Notes under the pieces: generated by a model
Databases searched by the model: none
What the model saw: the letters and a program-made list of their open reading frames with translations, nothing else
What the model was told of the DNA's origin: nothing
Program-made: the position numbers and the translations under genes
In this document: piece by piece, positions 11,101 to 22,243 of the stretch
Layout of the letters: each line of letters begins with the position of its first letter
Numbering within the stretch: position 1 is the stretch's first letter
NCBI RefSeq assembly: GCF_964355755.1
Contig: NC_092674.1
Coordinates: forward strand, 7,440,001-7,504,000
Direction: 5' to 3'
DNA length: 64,000 nt
From: Antedon mediterranea
Taxonomy: Eukaryota; Animalia; Echinodermata

Positions 11101-12659
11101 TAAATTATGAAATATACATAGGAGGTAGAAGAAAAGAAAAACAAATTCTACATGTTAATATGTTAAAGAGATGGTATGATAAAGTAGAAATAAGTAAAGA
11201 TGGTTATTATGTAGTAACAAATGTTCAGTCGATAGAAGAAGTAGACTTAAATGAAACAGTCCATGACAATGAGTTAGATAGTGAAATAGACATAGGATTG
11301 TCTTATCATCAATCACAAACATGGAGAGATGTTAACATTAGTAGTAATTTAAATGATACACAAACTAAACAATTAACAGAATTGTTAAAGTACCAACAGA
11401 ATGTATTCTCGGATGTACCAGGTAGAACTCACTTGATGACACATGAAATTAAGACTAATGGTGAAATGCCTATAAGGCATAGGGCATATAGAACGCCCCA
11501 TGCATTAAAGGGTAAATTGAAAGAGGAATTAGATAGTATGTTGGCTATGGGTATAATAGAACCTACAGTTAGTGCCTATGCTGCACCTATTATTGCCCTG
11601 AAGAAAGGCCAGAATCAAATTAGAATGGTGACAGATTTTAGATCACTAAATAAGACTACACAATTTGACCCTTATGTTATGCCTCGCATAGACGAAATGT
11701 TGGATGAGGTATCATCCGCAATAAACATAACTACGTTAGATCTAACTAAAGGATTTTACCAGGTGCCTCTGGATCCTAAGACCAAAGACAAATCAGCATT
11801 TATTACACAATTTGGACAGTATTGTTACAATGTACTTCCATTTGGTATGCAAAATAGCTCTAGTACTTTCCAAAGATTAATGGATAAGGTATTACAAGGT
11901 ACTGAGGGATATGCTAAGGCATATATAGATGACATATGTATTTATAGTCAAACTTGGAAAGATCATATTTTTCATTTGAATGATGTATTAGAAAGATTAA
12001 GTAGTGCTGGATTGACAGCAAAGCCTTTGAAATGTAAAATTGCCTATGCACAGGTAGAATTTCTGGGGCATAAGATTGGTAATGGAGAAATTAGACCCAT
12101 GATTGATAAGGTTGAGGCTGTGGAAAAGTTCCCCAGACCTTTGTCTAAGAAACAAGTCCGATCATTTCTCGGATTAACTGGCTATTACAGAAAATTTGTA
12201 CAGAACTATGCCGATATTGCTAAGCCATTGATTGATTTAACTTTAAAGAGTAAAAGTAATACCGTTAAGTGGAATGAACAATGTGAAAATGCCTTTGTAA
12301 CTTTAAAGAAACGACTTACTGATGATAATGTATTAAAAGCCCCAAATTTTGATAAGATGTTTATATTGCAAACCGATGCCTCAAATTATGGCATAGGTGC
12401 AGTGCTGAGCCAAATAGATGGTGAGGGTAATGATTATCCCATTGTGTACTTAAGTAGAAAGTTATCTGTACATGAGCAGAGATATTCTGTGCCAGAAAAA
12501 GAGTGCCTCTCTATTGTTTGGGCTATCAATAAACTTAAGTATTATCTGTATGGTTGTGAATTTCAAGTTCATACTGACCACCAGGCATTGAGATGGATGG
12601 ACTCAATGAAGGGTGCCAATGTTAGACTTATGAGATGGGCTGTTTTTACAAGGATATAA
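8121..12659 (+). CDS. Gag-Pol polyprotein (Gag/SCAN-like, CCHC knuckle, aspartic protease, integrase, RT, RNase H)
   Basis: 1512-aa ORF with CFNCKEKGHKIEDC, LRDSG, HHCC plus IAIDIVG/HDQG/GLGERF and GPF (integrase), then LDLTKGFYQ/LPFG/YIDD and TDAS...EKECL (RT-RNase H). A 1-nt frameshift near 12640 cuts off ...LQGYKFKVIYKKGSLNGNADGLSRA* (to 12723). Confidence 0.95.
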   Translation: MTTLRSGKNIDKTMSDKDTREDMVDQEEVDQVNEIYDKMARDIDLPEIPGGMPKDMMLEYFRMKFEAENKKLEYQLRLEADIEQGKIESQERVKMMELENRSSYSNARNIVDEMKVKVPTLKESDDIDIYFRTFEHLAEATGWDKNTWSARLAPELSGKASRTAYAFLTVKECVDYDTLKKAILEKYDVSAETYRFKFRNSNRVKDMSIREWLNELSHYLKCWMKCANVKEDDAAGIIEMIIMEQALDKMPEDLRLYLRDKQVNKSYDMAMIADDYIANRGGRGYWNAVNSENKPTYYKGQENSKPKNSTTQNNPGDRQQGYNRYHGRGGKFHNYGRNFQQREPSNEWINGLCFNCKEKGHKIEDCPKMVAKGKTSDTKKGPNVKDGLRCEEIKSNRPQVVMDSVENKMKKCTITRKLERQDITMLRDSGCTQSAVKESLVPNKCYLPGKWVTLRGIGGDITVPLAEVAIESKIVTGKVIVAVIEGLQRDMLLGHDLDQNCGETMAKEMFVLTREQARIENDVRIQDEMILLGKDSNFKPIEEPPKETNVQLLKKVVNDKKVNKTKCLDDMNGTEMNNLFDENEDKAKDKTVKHKTYEQQHKLNLTKQELIKLQTKDDSLKGVFDRVVPIEEIGQHRVCFFMRQGILMRNWSSIKDKNNQVEQIVLPTQCRQGVLHLGHNVLFAGHMGVEKTKSRVLNQFYWPGIFKDVVVYCKVCKECQKVDKSKSKRKHTLIPLPIISTPFKRIAIDIVGPLSRTSRNNKYMLTIIDYATRYPDAIPLPNVRAETVARALIEVFTRVGLPEEIVHDQGTNFMSSIMQSICSMFGINQLKTTVYHPQSNGLGERFHGTLKNMIRTLTVKQRKNWDNYIPPFLFAYREVPSKATGHSPFKLLYGREVRGPLSLLKSNWVKDEETSTDVIKYMLDIREKMEELMKDANVNKLEQQEIMSHNYNKNAIDREFVEGDKVLIFLPVGNSKLDSKWQGPFTVTKKVNDVNYEIYIGGRRKEKQILHVNMLKRWYDKVEISKDGYYVVTNVQSIEEVDLNETVHDNELDSEIDIGLSYHQSQTWRDVNISSNLNDTQTKQLTELLKYQQNVFSDVPGRTHLMTHEIKTNGEMPIRHRAYRTPHALKGKLKEELDSMLAMGIIEPTVSAYAAPIIALKKGQNQIRMVTDFRSLNKTTQFDPYVMPRIDEMLDEVSSAINITTLDLTKGFYQVPLDPKTKDKSAFITQFGQYCYNVLPFGMQNSSSTFQRLMDKVLQGTEGYAKAYIDDICIYSQTWKDHIFHLNDVLERLSSAGLTAKPLKCKIAYAQVEFLGHKIGNGEIRPMIDKVEAVEKFPRPLSKKQVRSFLGLTGYYRKFVQNYADIAKPLIDLTLKSKSNTVKWNEQCENAFVTLKKRLTDDNVLKAPNFDKMFILQTDASNYGIGAVLSQIDGEGNDYPIVYLSRKLSVHEQRYSVPEKECLSIVWAINKLKYYLYGCEFQVHTDHQALRWMDSMKGANVRLMRWAVFTRI

Positions 12660-12825
12660 ATTTAAAGTTATTTACAAGAAAGGATCATTAAATGGAAATG
12701 CAGATGGATTAAGCCGTGCATAAATAATATTATAGAGGTGTTATTAGTAGATAGTTTAAAGTAAAATGGTTTTAAATGTTAAATTTTTGGAAAGATTGAC
12801 ACAATCTTTTTCCCAAAAAGGGGAA

Positions 12826-13216
12826 TGTCATATTAAATGTTGTGATTCTCTGTGTTTAGAGAAGGATGCTTTAGACCAGGTCCGCCTTATTATTAGCCAA
12901 TCAAAATCGTATAATTTTTGGAGGGAAAATGTTATCCTCCTCTGAAGCCTAAAATTTGCATATCCAGTATAAAAGTAGAATGTAATAGATATTAGAGGAG
13001 AAGAGAGAATAAGATCAGAGTAGATAAACGGAAAGTTGATAAAGAGAATATTAAGGCTTGACTGGTAGTGATAGAAAGATGTATTAATCGAATTACTCTA
13101 GTTGAGTTAAATATACTTTTTGTATGAGTTATCATTCAGTGACAGCTGTGTACGTCGCGTGGAAATATATACGCCTGAGAAAGCTCGGAACCAACTACAG
13201 ATAAATATTCACTACA
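12826..13216 (+). repeat. 3' LTR (391 bp)
   Basis: Direct repeat of the 5' LTR, followed by TSD ATGTG. Confidence 0.95.
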
Positions 13217-13551
13217 ATGTGGAATAATAAATGAATGAATAGATCCGATATCAATTTTGTATTCGTTGTCATATAGTATTGTAATCATGGTCTTAATCTA
13301 ACTGTAAATTTAAATACCGTTATTAATTTTTATAAATACGCAATCGTCTTTTGTAGTTATTACTATGGAATTCGGAGTTGGAGTGTCACATTATTCCCGG
13401 TGAGTGGTTTTGTGCTGTTAACACTTTCTCAGCGCTTCTATTGTGTTTTTATGCTTGTTTTGTTTTTCTAGAGGCGTAAAATTTGTTAAAGGTAAAATAA
13501 AATAAAAATAAATACAAACAGGTTACGTGATGATTTTTTTTACTGTTTATC

Positions 13552-13935
13552 TTAAAGATTAAAGGCCTAATTGTATTGTCCCTTAAAAAACATGGAAAAT
13601 GAAGATTATTTAAATCAGACTTTGAATAGGTTATTTTGTAGTTTTAATAAAGTTAATCACTTCCGTAAAAAAAACCCAAAAAAATAATGTTTTCAGTTAT
13701 AGGCTAAAATGACAAAATAAATGTTTAAATTCAACCAAAAATCCATTGGCTGGCACTGGCAACCCAACAATTTACTATTTTTTGCTTTAAATCAGTTTTT
13801 TTCAAGTAAATACAATTTTTTTCGAACCCATTTTTGGTAAAAGTGGATAACTATTATGTGACATTAAAATGGCATATTCAACAGACAACATTTTAATAAT
13901 TTAAATTTAATTAATTTTTTCAGGGGTACAATAGT
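13552..13935. mobile_element. Degenerate Kolobok-like MITE
   Basis: TTAAAGAT..GTATTGTCCCTT left end and AGGGGTACAATA right end resemble the intact element at 59972-60517. Confidence 0.45.
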
Positions 13936-14919
13936 TAATTATTTCAATATTAATATGTTAGGGCAATACCTCAAGACAAATACAATAATATGTATGCCTC
14001 ACCAAAGAAAAGTTCTTTGGCCTCACTCTCAGCGACGTGCTGCAGCAAACCGCAATTGATATTCTTTAAGCCAATTTAGTCCAAGCATGAATTAAAGAAT
14101 AGAATAGAATTCTTTAATCCATGGTCAAAGATAGTGTAATTTAGTATACCAGTATAACATCGATACAACTGAGTAACAAGGAAATAACAACGCTAAAACA
14201 TTCAACATTAGAATTTTAAGAAAATGAAGTTTGTTTTATTATCAGCATTATGTTTTACTAAATTACAGTTAATGTATGCTGCACTTGAACCAGGCGTGTT
14301 GAAGTATACTGTTTACGTAAGCTTGAAATTTACATGTTTATATAGATAATAAGGCCTAAAATAAAAGAAGAGTTATAATACAGATGGCTCTGACAATTGA
14401 GCGCGGCTAAATTCGTAGGCGTCCTCACAGATAGGCCAAAAAACGAGGGTGGGAACCAGCAGATTAGGATTGGTTTGGGAGGGACGGGTGGGGAAGGAAA
14501 GTGGTGTAGGAAGGGAAGTGGTGCTGTAGGTTGTTCTGGGGTATGGGGAGTAGTGTAGGTTTTCAGCGGGTATTTTTCCATAAAATAAAAAATAAATAAA
14601 ATAGGCTGGGAAAAAGCGCCGCTTGTTTTTTTAAATTTTAAAATAATAATATCTTGACACATTTTTATTTTGTTTATTTTAGGGTAACGAGGTAGTTTCT
14701 ATTTCGAAGAGTATGTATAACAACACCAAGGTGATAGTGACAAGTATGTTATCTGCTTAAATTTTTCAACATTTTAAAATTATAATTTTTTTTCAAATAT
14801 AAGATTATTGTATAGGCCTACCTATGTCCATAAGGTTACAGTTTGTATAAACACAAAGTGGTTAATGTTCGAGTTAATAGAACTTTTAAACTTTTACGAA
14901 TTAAAAGACGTTTACTATA

Positions 14920-15270
14920 TAATTTCAATATAAAATTTAATAACAAAAAGAGAGATCGACGTTTCGGTACCATCATAGAACCATTTTCAAGATCAAGTGA
15001 ATACAAAACAATAATAATTATGTGCACTAAGCACCAAAGTGGTGACAGGAAATGCTAATTGAGGGCTAATTAAGTAAGCTCCTCCTACTGAGTTAGATAA
15101 ACAATGTAGCTTTGATGGAGTCCGATTGTTTATTGAGTGTAGGTTTTATCTCTTTGATCCACAACATCTCCTTAATTAGGCAATCAAACTTATGTAAATG
15201 TAACAATGGTTCTACGATGATACCGAAACGTCGATCTCTCTTTTTGTCATTAAATTTTATATTGAAATTT
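14920..15270 (-). mobile_element. Penelope-like element 3' fragment with inverted pseudo-LTR
   Basis: Minus strand encodes CLIKEMLWIKEIKPTLNKQSDSIKATLFI* (GIY-YIG C-terminus, ~15092-15185). Flanked by ~65-bp inverted repeats containing ...CCGAAACGTCG. Confidence 0.8.
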
Positions 15271-16273
15271 TAAACTTTTAATTATTTATAATAATAATTA
15301 ACATAAATATCAAAGCACCATTGGTGGTCTGCAAAAAGTCAGAAAACTACATGTTTTTAATTTCAGCCAATTGCCAGCAAGATGATTGCAAAATCAACCT
15401 AAAGTGGGTTCTCCGTTTCTCTGATTGTGATAATGCATTTTCATATAATGTGAGTAATTCTCAAAGAAATTAAAATTGTAATTGAACATTTCTTTTTATT
15501 GTAAATGATTAACTTTCAATCAGTAAATAAATGTTTCATTTTCGACAACAAAAGTAACATTGACTATTCATTATTTTAACTATTATTTATACAACACGCT
15601 ATTCACGCATTTTCAACACGCCTACGAGAAGTGTGTGGTATACATCGAAGAGATTCCGTGTAATGAGATTTTAATTGCAAAAAAGGCTACTTGGCTGTAT
15701 CCTAAAATTGTGTGGATTCCCGGTTGCTGTTGGCGTGTTGGAAGTGTCCTCAGGGTATTGTTTTGACTGCTCGTTAAATATAAGCATGTGCTGTGAAAAT
15801 GTTGACCAAATCTAGTAGATAATTGTGCTTTTTTTTGCATATTTTAACTGATTTAGCACTTAACATTAATGCTAATCAAAGGTTGGCATAATTTGGCAAA
15901 ATGTAGCATAGTTTTATCCTAATTCTAAAACATTTTTTTTCTAATTTCAAAAGCAGATTTAAGAAAATCAATAACTGAATAAACTAAATTTTAAACGAAA
16001 TCATCCCTTTTATTAAAATCCTTAATAAACTAATATTAATTCATAATGCATGCGAGTATAATACAACTTAGGATTATGAACTATGGTATAACACGGTATT
16101 ACGATTTAATGTATAACTGCAAGGTTTTTGTGGGGTTGACCTCGGCCCGTGCAACACGCTAAAAATGAAAGACATGTTCAAATTTAGGGTGTTGTATTGT
16201 ATAAACACAGCCATAGATAAATTTCCAGTCATACCCTGATGAGGAGAGCCTCAGGTGTAATAACAGCTCTTAA

Positions 16274-16732
16274 GAGCCATTGTCTGTAAAAATCAAAGAT
16301 TTGGTGGCAGATGTAAAAAATGGATTTCTCTCAAATTTTTACCATGAATAGACATTTCAATAAAAAGCAAATCTACAACATTCATTTTAATTTTTAGCCT
16401 CCGTTGCCATGACAACGGTCAATTATCCAAATTTTGATGTTTTTGGCATTTTTCACAGATTTTCTAATTAAATAAACAAAACAAAAATATCGTTCATCAA
16501 ATTAGTACCAATATCCATTTTAAAAAACCTTGAAAAAGGACAAAATTTGTCAAAAACACAAATTTGGCCGTTGCCATGGAAATATATATAATAATAATAA
16601 ATAAATAAAAAATACTTCATATTTGATTTCTCTCAACACATATATAGCCATGTGCAAAATTTGAAAGAAATCCATTTTTTTTTGGTCTGCCACTATTTTT
16701 GATATTTCTTTGATTCTTACAGACAATGGCTC
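16274..16732. mobile_element. MITE with GAG...CTC termini (Sola-like)
   Basis: TIR GAGCCATTGTCTGTAA / TTACAGACAATGGCTC plus inner IRs; TTAA on the left side only. Confidence 0.6.
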
Positions 16733-16817
16733 ACCAATAACCAATTCTGATGATTTATGACCCCTTAATCACTAATGTCCAGTGGTACTCATCATGATCT
16801 ACCTATTAAACTATACT

Positions 16818-17195
16818 AAAAAAAACTTAAATCATTTATATCAAATATTACAAGATTCATGACCTATACATTTGATTTTGAAGCAAGGTAATTTAACCTG
16901 TCAAAATTGTAATGAGGTATCCTGTTGTGAATTGTTTACACAAACACAGCAGGGTCCTTGTAACACAAATCTGCTTCATTGGGATTTCTATACACTTTAC
17001 AGTAGCCTACAGTAAAGTGTATAGAAATCCCAATGAAGCAGATTTGTGTTAGAAGGACCCTGCTGTGTTTGTGTAAACAATTCACAACAGGATACCTCAT
17101 TACAATTTTGACAGGTTAAATTACCTTGCTTCAAAATCAAATGTATAGGTCATGAATCTTGTAATATTTGATATAAATGATTTAAGTTTTTTTTT
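16818..17195. repeat. Near-perfect 378-bp palindrome
   Basis: Arms of ~188 bp centred at ~17006 with about 2 mismatches and essentially no spacer. Confidence 0.95.
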
Positions 17196-18807
17196 GTGAA
17201 TGTAATATGATTTTGTTTTAAAATTATATTTAATTAAAAACTGTTAAACATTTTTTTTTTAGATAAATACTGTACTCTTGTTGAGCAACCCTGAATCATC
17301 AATGCTACAATTTGAAGAAATAATCAGATTTCAACAATCTATTGTGGGCAATGAGACAGAAACTTGTGACCATAAAACTATGTTTCAGGTAACAAATGTC
17401 TTTAGCTATTGAAGAATACAAACAAATAACAAAGTCAACATACTTAGGAAGGAATGATCGTGGGAACACCCAGCTCTGGCCTGCCCACCTGCAACGCAAT
17501 CCATTTTCAACAATATAATAGTATAATAATAACATTTTGATTGAATAGTGAGGGATTAGTTACAGTGTTGACTTTGAATAAACCATTGGTAATTTTGACT
17601 GAAAATCCAAAATGAACTTAATTGTGTTATAAAATACAAACAAAATTATTCAATTAAAGAAACGCTCTACTACACATGAGAAATAGATGTCGGCCGGGTC
17701 GATAAACTTCTGACGACAACTAAAACAACAATCAGCTAAAAGTATTCAGGATTTTATTTCCTCTCTGGCTTTTTACATTTTCATGACACGTTACCGGACT
17801 TCCCCCTCCTCTCGCAATGAACGGCAGTACAGATCTTCCCTGTCTAGGCTCTGTATTCATTCCTTTTAAATCTTAGGGATATTGCCAAGGCTAATAATCG
17901 ATTTGTCCATAATTATTGTTATTTTTCCATAATCTAAAAGTCCAATTTTTAGGCCAAATCATAATTGTGCGTATAGTTTTGTATTTCCGATGCGTGATAG
18001 TAGCCTATTTATCTTCATTTCTGTACGTCCATAAATATTAGGCCGAATTTCCGTAGTAATTTATGGACATTCCAAAATTTGAACCGTGTTAAACCGGTAG
18101 CAGAGCAAAGTTTGCTTCTTTTTGCAAATGTCCTATTTTATTATTTTCTTTGTTTATTTTGGAGTGTGGTTTAAAACAACACTTTTGTAAAGTTTATAGT
18201 GGATAAATAAAAATAAATTTTTGGAAATTGTGGTTTTAACATCTGACTTTATTTAGCATTTTTAAATAAAATTAAAATTCAAAATAATACAATTTTAACG
18301 TTTTGCTCAATATATTTATATAGCAACAGCTTCATATTTTTTGTATAACTTTTAAAAATTATTAATTGATTGTGGTAAACACTGTCTAATGGATGTCCAT
18401 CTTGAAAAATACACGCACACAATACAGTAATACGAGGATGCTTCGCATTTTCCTATCTCCTCCTACGATAATTGTTTTTAATAGCGAAAAACCGCACGAG
18501 TACAGCATCGTAATGTTGAAGACAGACCGATTTTCTTAAAAAAATACTATTTTGATTTAATTTACGTTTAATACAAATGTATTGATTTGCGATGAATAGA
18601 ACATTCCAAATTATTTGGTTTAACCATAGAGGTATACATCCATGGTTTAAAACAAGTAGGTACATTTATGGGCCCTTGAAGAATAACATAAATAGTATTG
18701 CAATGCTGTACAATGCTGTGTAAATAGGTATTAACCACTTTTGATCGCCATTTGAATCGCAAATTTCTTACTGTGAGTTTTGATACTATTAAATATAATA
18801 TAAACGA

Positions 18808-18959
18808 ATATACAAATAAACTTTATTACTGTGAGTGTGGGTAATCTCTACTGTTAGATTATAAACACATAATATACAAATAAACTTTATTACTGTGAGT
18901 GTGGGTAATCCCTACTGTTAGATTATAAACACATAATATACAAATAAACTTTATTACTG
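18808..18959. repeat. ~60-bp tandem repeat, 2.5 copies
   Basis: AATATACAAATAAACTTTATTACTGTGAGTGTGGGTAATC... repeated. Confidence 0.85.
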
Positions 18960-21601
18960 ACAGTTGCTTCTCAACGTTTGTATTCATTAATAATTTAAAA
19001 AAATATAAAATTCGTAGTGGTGTATCGTTACATGTACATTACTATTTCAACCGACTATGACAGTGACAGTTTTAAGTATTAAATCGCAAATGTTTTACTG
19101 TATTTAGTGGAATATTATTTATAGGCCTATAAAACATAAACAAAATATTTCGTTACTGAGTGGATAAGAATATATTTAAAAAATGTTCCTCTTTGTACCT
19201 ATCCTCTTCCCATACCTCAACCGTAATGTTACATACAAAACACAAATTGGGTTTGTTTAAATGAGTCCAAATAAAAAAATTTTGACTTATTTTGTGACAA
19301 GTTTCTTAGGGTGCTAATTTTGATTGACTACATAAATCATTGTGTCTATTTAAACGATTATAGTCCTGTGGTACGTACGTACATTTGAATTGAAATCTCC
19401 AGTTTTTTCTTGCTGGAATTACTGTGTATTCGAGAACCATCTGTTGGCATGACCTAGATGGTACGCGAGTAGACTGACTTGCCCCAAGTCTGTATTTATT
19501 GTCTTTTTTTTTTATTTATTTGTTTTTATTTCGACCGCGATTTTTGTCTGAAAATACAGACTTGTGAAACACGTATAGAAATCGATTTGCAGACCGCAAA
19601 CATCCGATAAGAATGACGTAGGTTATCATACCGTAGGCCTATTTTGCTATATGGGGCGAGCGGTATGTAAATATGGATTTCGAATCTATCAATGATCATT
19701 TTTTTTCAAAATGAAAACGATCGAGTACTACAGTGCTGAATGTACGATCGAGAATGAACTGTTGAAATATAAAATCGTGTTGCCAAGTTGTTTTGTTTAT
19801 TAATTGTTTAGTCCTGGCCTAGGCCTCCTTCGTAGGCCTACTCAACTCGTACGTATGACCTGGCGGCAAAATAAAACGCCAATTAGTCCAAGAGCATTAG
19901 GGTTTGACCCGGAAATTTCTGGTAACAAGCTAATTTTTTCAGGAAAGGTCGAGAACTATAATTGGAACATCATACTTAAAGTCCCGAAAAATCCTCCTTG
20001 TGCTCTCCGAGAAATCCAAGATGGCGTCCAAAATGGCTGTCATTTTAAATTGGTCTATAACTTTGTAACCGCTTGTCGTAGAGTATCGATTTTGGTGTCA
20101 AATAGTTCACAATATATACATTCCTATTTGCTCTAACAGAAAATTTTGTCAAAAAATGGCCGCTACTACAGTTTCTGGCAGTTTGACCTTTGACCTGGTC
20201 TTATCATATCTCGGTAATGGCTTGTCATAGAGAATTAAGATTATGCCCAAATTGTTCAGACCATGCATATTTTTATTTGGTGTAATGAAATATTTTATCC
20301 CAAAATGACCGGAAGTGACGTTATTGACCTCTTATTGACCTATTCATATCTCTTTACCGTATCTCAAGAAATATTTGTCGTAGAGCATTACTTTTGGTGT
20401 CAAATTGTTTGGAACATATACATTTCTATTTAGTCTAATACAACAGTTTGCCCTAAAATGCTCGGAAGTAAGTTAATTTATTGAAAACTTTAAAAATCAA
20501 AGAGCTACATAGGCAGAGGATATGAATACTGTAGAAAAAATCTAAATTTTAACTCTGCCTTAAAACATGTTTTGGGCATAGCATATCATCAGGTAACCTT
20601 GAGGGTAAATTTTCCTGTAAGGGTATGAACTATACAAGAAAAAAAACCAAAATAATCATTTATTTAACTTCGATAGAACAAAGAATATCATGGGACACGT
20701 TAATTGAAATTCTCATACTAGTTATGGTTGAAAAGTTATTGCTACAAAATGTCGCCTATATGTAGATGTCATGAATACATTTTAAATGCGTTATTCGTCT
20801 GTAACTCGCATTACAGTACATACGCGAATTAGTGCTTTTGTTGAAATCACGTCATTATTTTTATTATTTATTATAGAAATTATAATAATTATTTTTGTTC
20901 AGAGAAGTAGAAATTTTATGTAATTTAGGAAATGTATAGACTTTATGATACTGTGAGTGTGAGAATGAAATGTTCAGGTCATATACATTTCGCATGGAAA
21001 TGCTCAATTGGCAGGGAACACTATGTACATGGCATATATTATACTCCGGATTGTCAAAAACCTAATGTTAAAGACCATTTTATTTGTAAAAATAATGCAT
21101 TTTGAAACATGAAACCAGGTCATTCCTTGTTTTAAAAGAGAATGCACTCTTGAATGTTCTCTAACCTCATAACGTCATAACTTTTGGGCAAACATGCAAC
21201 AACACCCATACAGATGAACATGATGATAATGATGTGAAAGAAGCAACAAACACCAAGATGTTGAAGATGCAACATCAGATGATGAATGAATGTAACAGAA
21301 TGATGCTGATCAATGTTGAAGTGATTTAAAGACCCTTTATTTTGCATATTTTTAATGTTTAATAAATCATATATAGGGCATATGGCGGCAGGGAAAAATT
21401 TCATTTTAAAATTTATTGCTAATCAAACTGATTTTTTAGTCGAGAAACATAGTTTTGTATTGTCTTTTTTGCTACACAATTTTAGAAATGTGTAGCAATA
21501 AGGTTGTTTTGTATAGCTTTTTGCTATGCTACACTGGCGAAATTATTCCCTGTCCAGGCGATACTTAATTTTTTCATCTTTAAACAGTTAAATATGTAAC
21601 T

Positions 21602-21674
21602 GGGGGACTAGCTCAAGTGGTAGAGCTCTCACTTAGCATGTAAGAGGTACCGGGATCATTGCCCGGGTATACCA
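21602..21674 (+). pseudogene. tRNA-Ala(AGC) pseudogene or tRNA-derived sequence
   Basis: GGGGGACTAGCTCAAGTGGTAGAGC...CTTAGCATG...GGGATCATTGCCCG follows metazoan tRNA-Ala(AGC), but with acceptor- and anticodon-stem mismatches and a damaged B box. Confidence 0.75.
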
Positions 21675-21864
21675 ATCTATTTTTCATAGATTTCAGCAAG
21701 GACCAAATAAAATCTGAATCTGGAAAAGAAAGTCTATGCATGCCGAGTAAAGAGCGTTTGACGTGAAATACCTAGGGTATATTCTCTTTTTATCATAAAT
21801 AAGCCATAGTACAACGAACATTTAAAGCAAGGAATGTTTCAAAATGCATTATTTTTACAAAGTC

Positions 21865-22243
21865 AACAAGGCCATATACATGGCTGCAGTCGCGTGCGTA
21901 AATTTGAGTTATTGTTTACTGACCGACCGACCAACTGACCGAAATTGCTGAAAATGTTTTAAAATGTTCACATTTTTAAAAACATTTATATTTTCCTTCA
22001 AGTATTAAATAATATCCAGTGTCAAAATAACGAAAAAATATGAATATGAGTTAGTGTTTACCGACTGACCAACCGACCGAAATTGCTGAAAAAGTTAAAA
22101 AATGTTGAAAAATGTTTAAAAACATTTATATTTGCCTACAAGTATTAATATCCAGTGTCAAAATAACGAAAAAATATGAATATGAGTTAGTGTTTACCGA
22201 CCGACATAGTGAGCAATAGAGTCGCGTTTGCACGCAACTCAAA
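21865..22243. mobile_element. HINE/DINE-like short element with GACC microsatellite
   Basis: 5' AACAAGGCC...GTCGCGTGCG, (GACC)n tracts, internal ~135-150-bp core repeats, 3' hairpin GTCGCGTTTGCACGCAAC. Confidence 0.55.

Larger units (their letters stand above)
7189..13216 (+). mobile_element. Full-length Ty3/Gypsy LTR retrotransposon, Gmr1-like
   Basis: TG...CA LTRs at 7189-7597 and 12826-13216, 5-bp TSD ATGTG, PBS TGGTGGCAGCGGT (tRNA-Leu) at 7598, PPT AAAAAGGGGAA before the 3' LTR, single gag-pol ORF. Confidence 0.97.

Noticed and set aside
17263-17388. Exon-like stretch (AG...INTVLLLSNPESS...MFQ...GT)
   Set aside because: No recognisable homology and no partner exons could be linked.
21602-21674. 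Functional tRNA-Ala gene
   Set aside because: Stem mismatches and an altered T loop; treated as a pseudogene.
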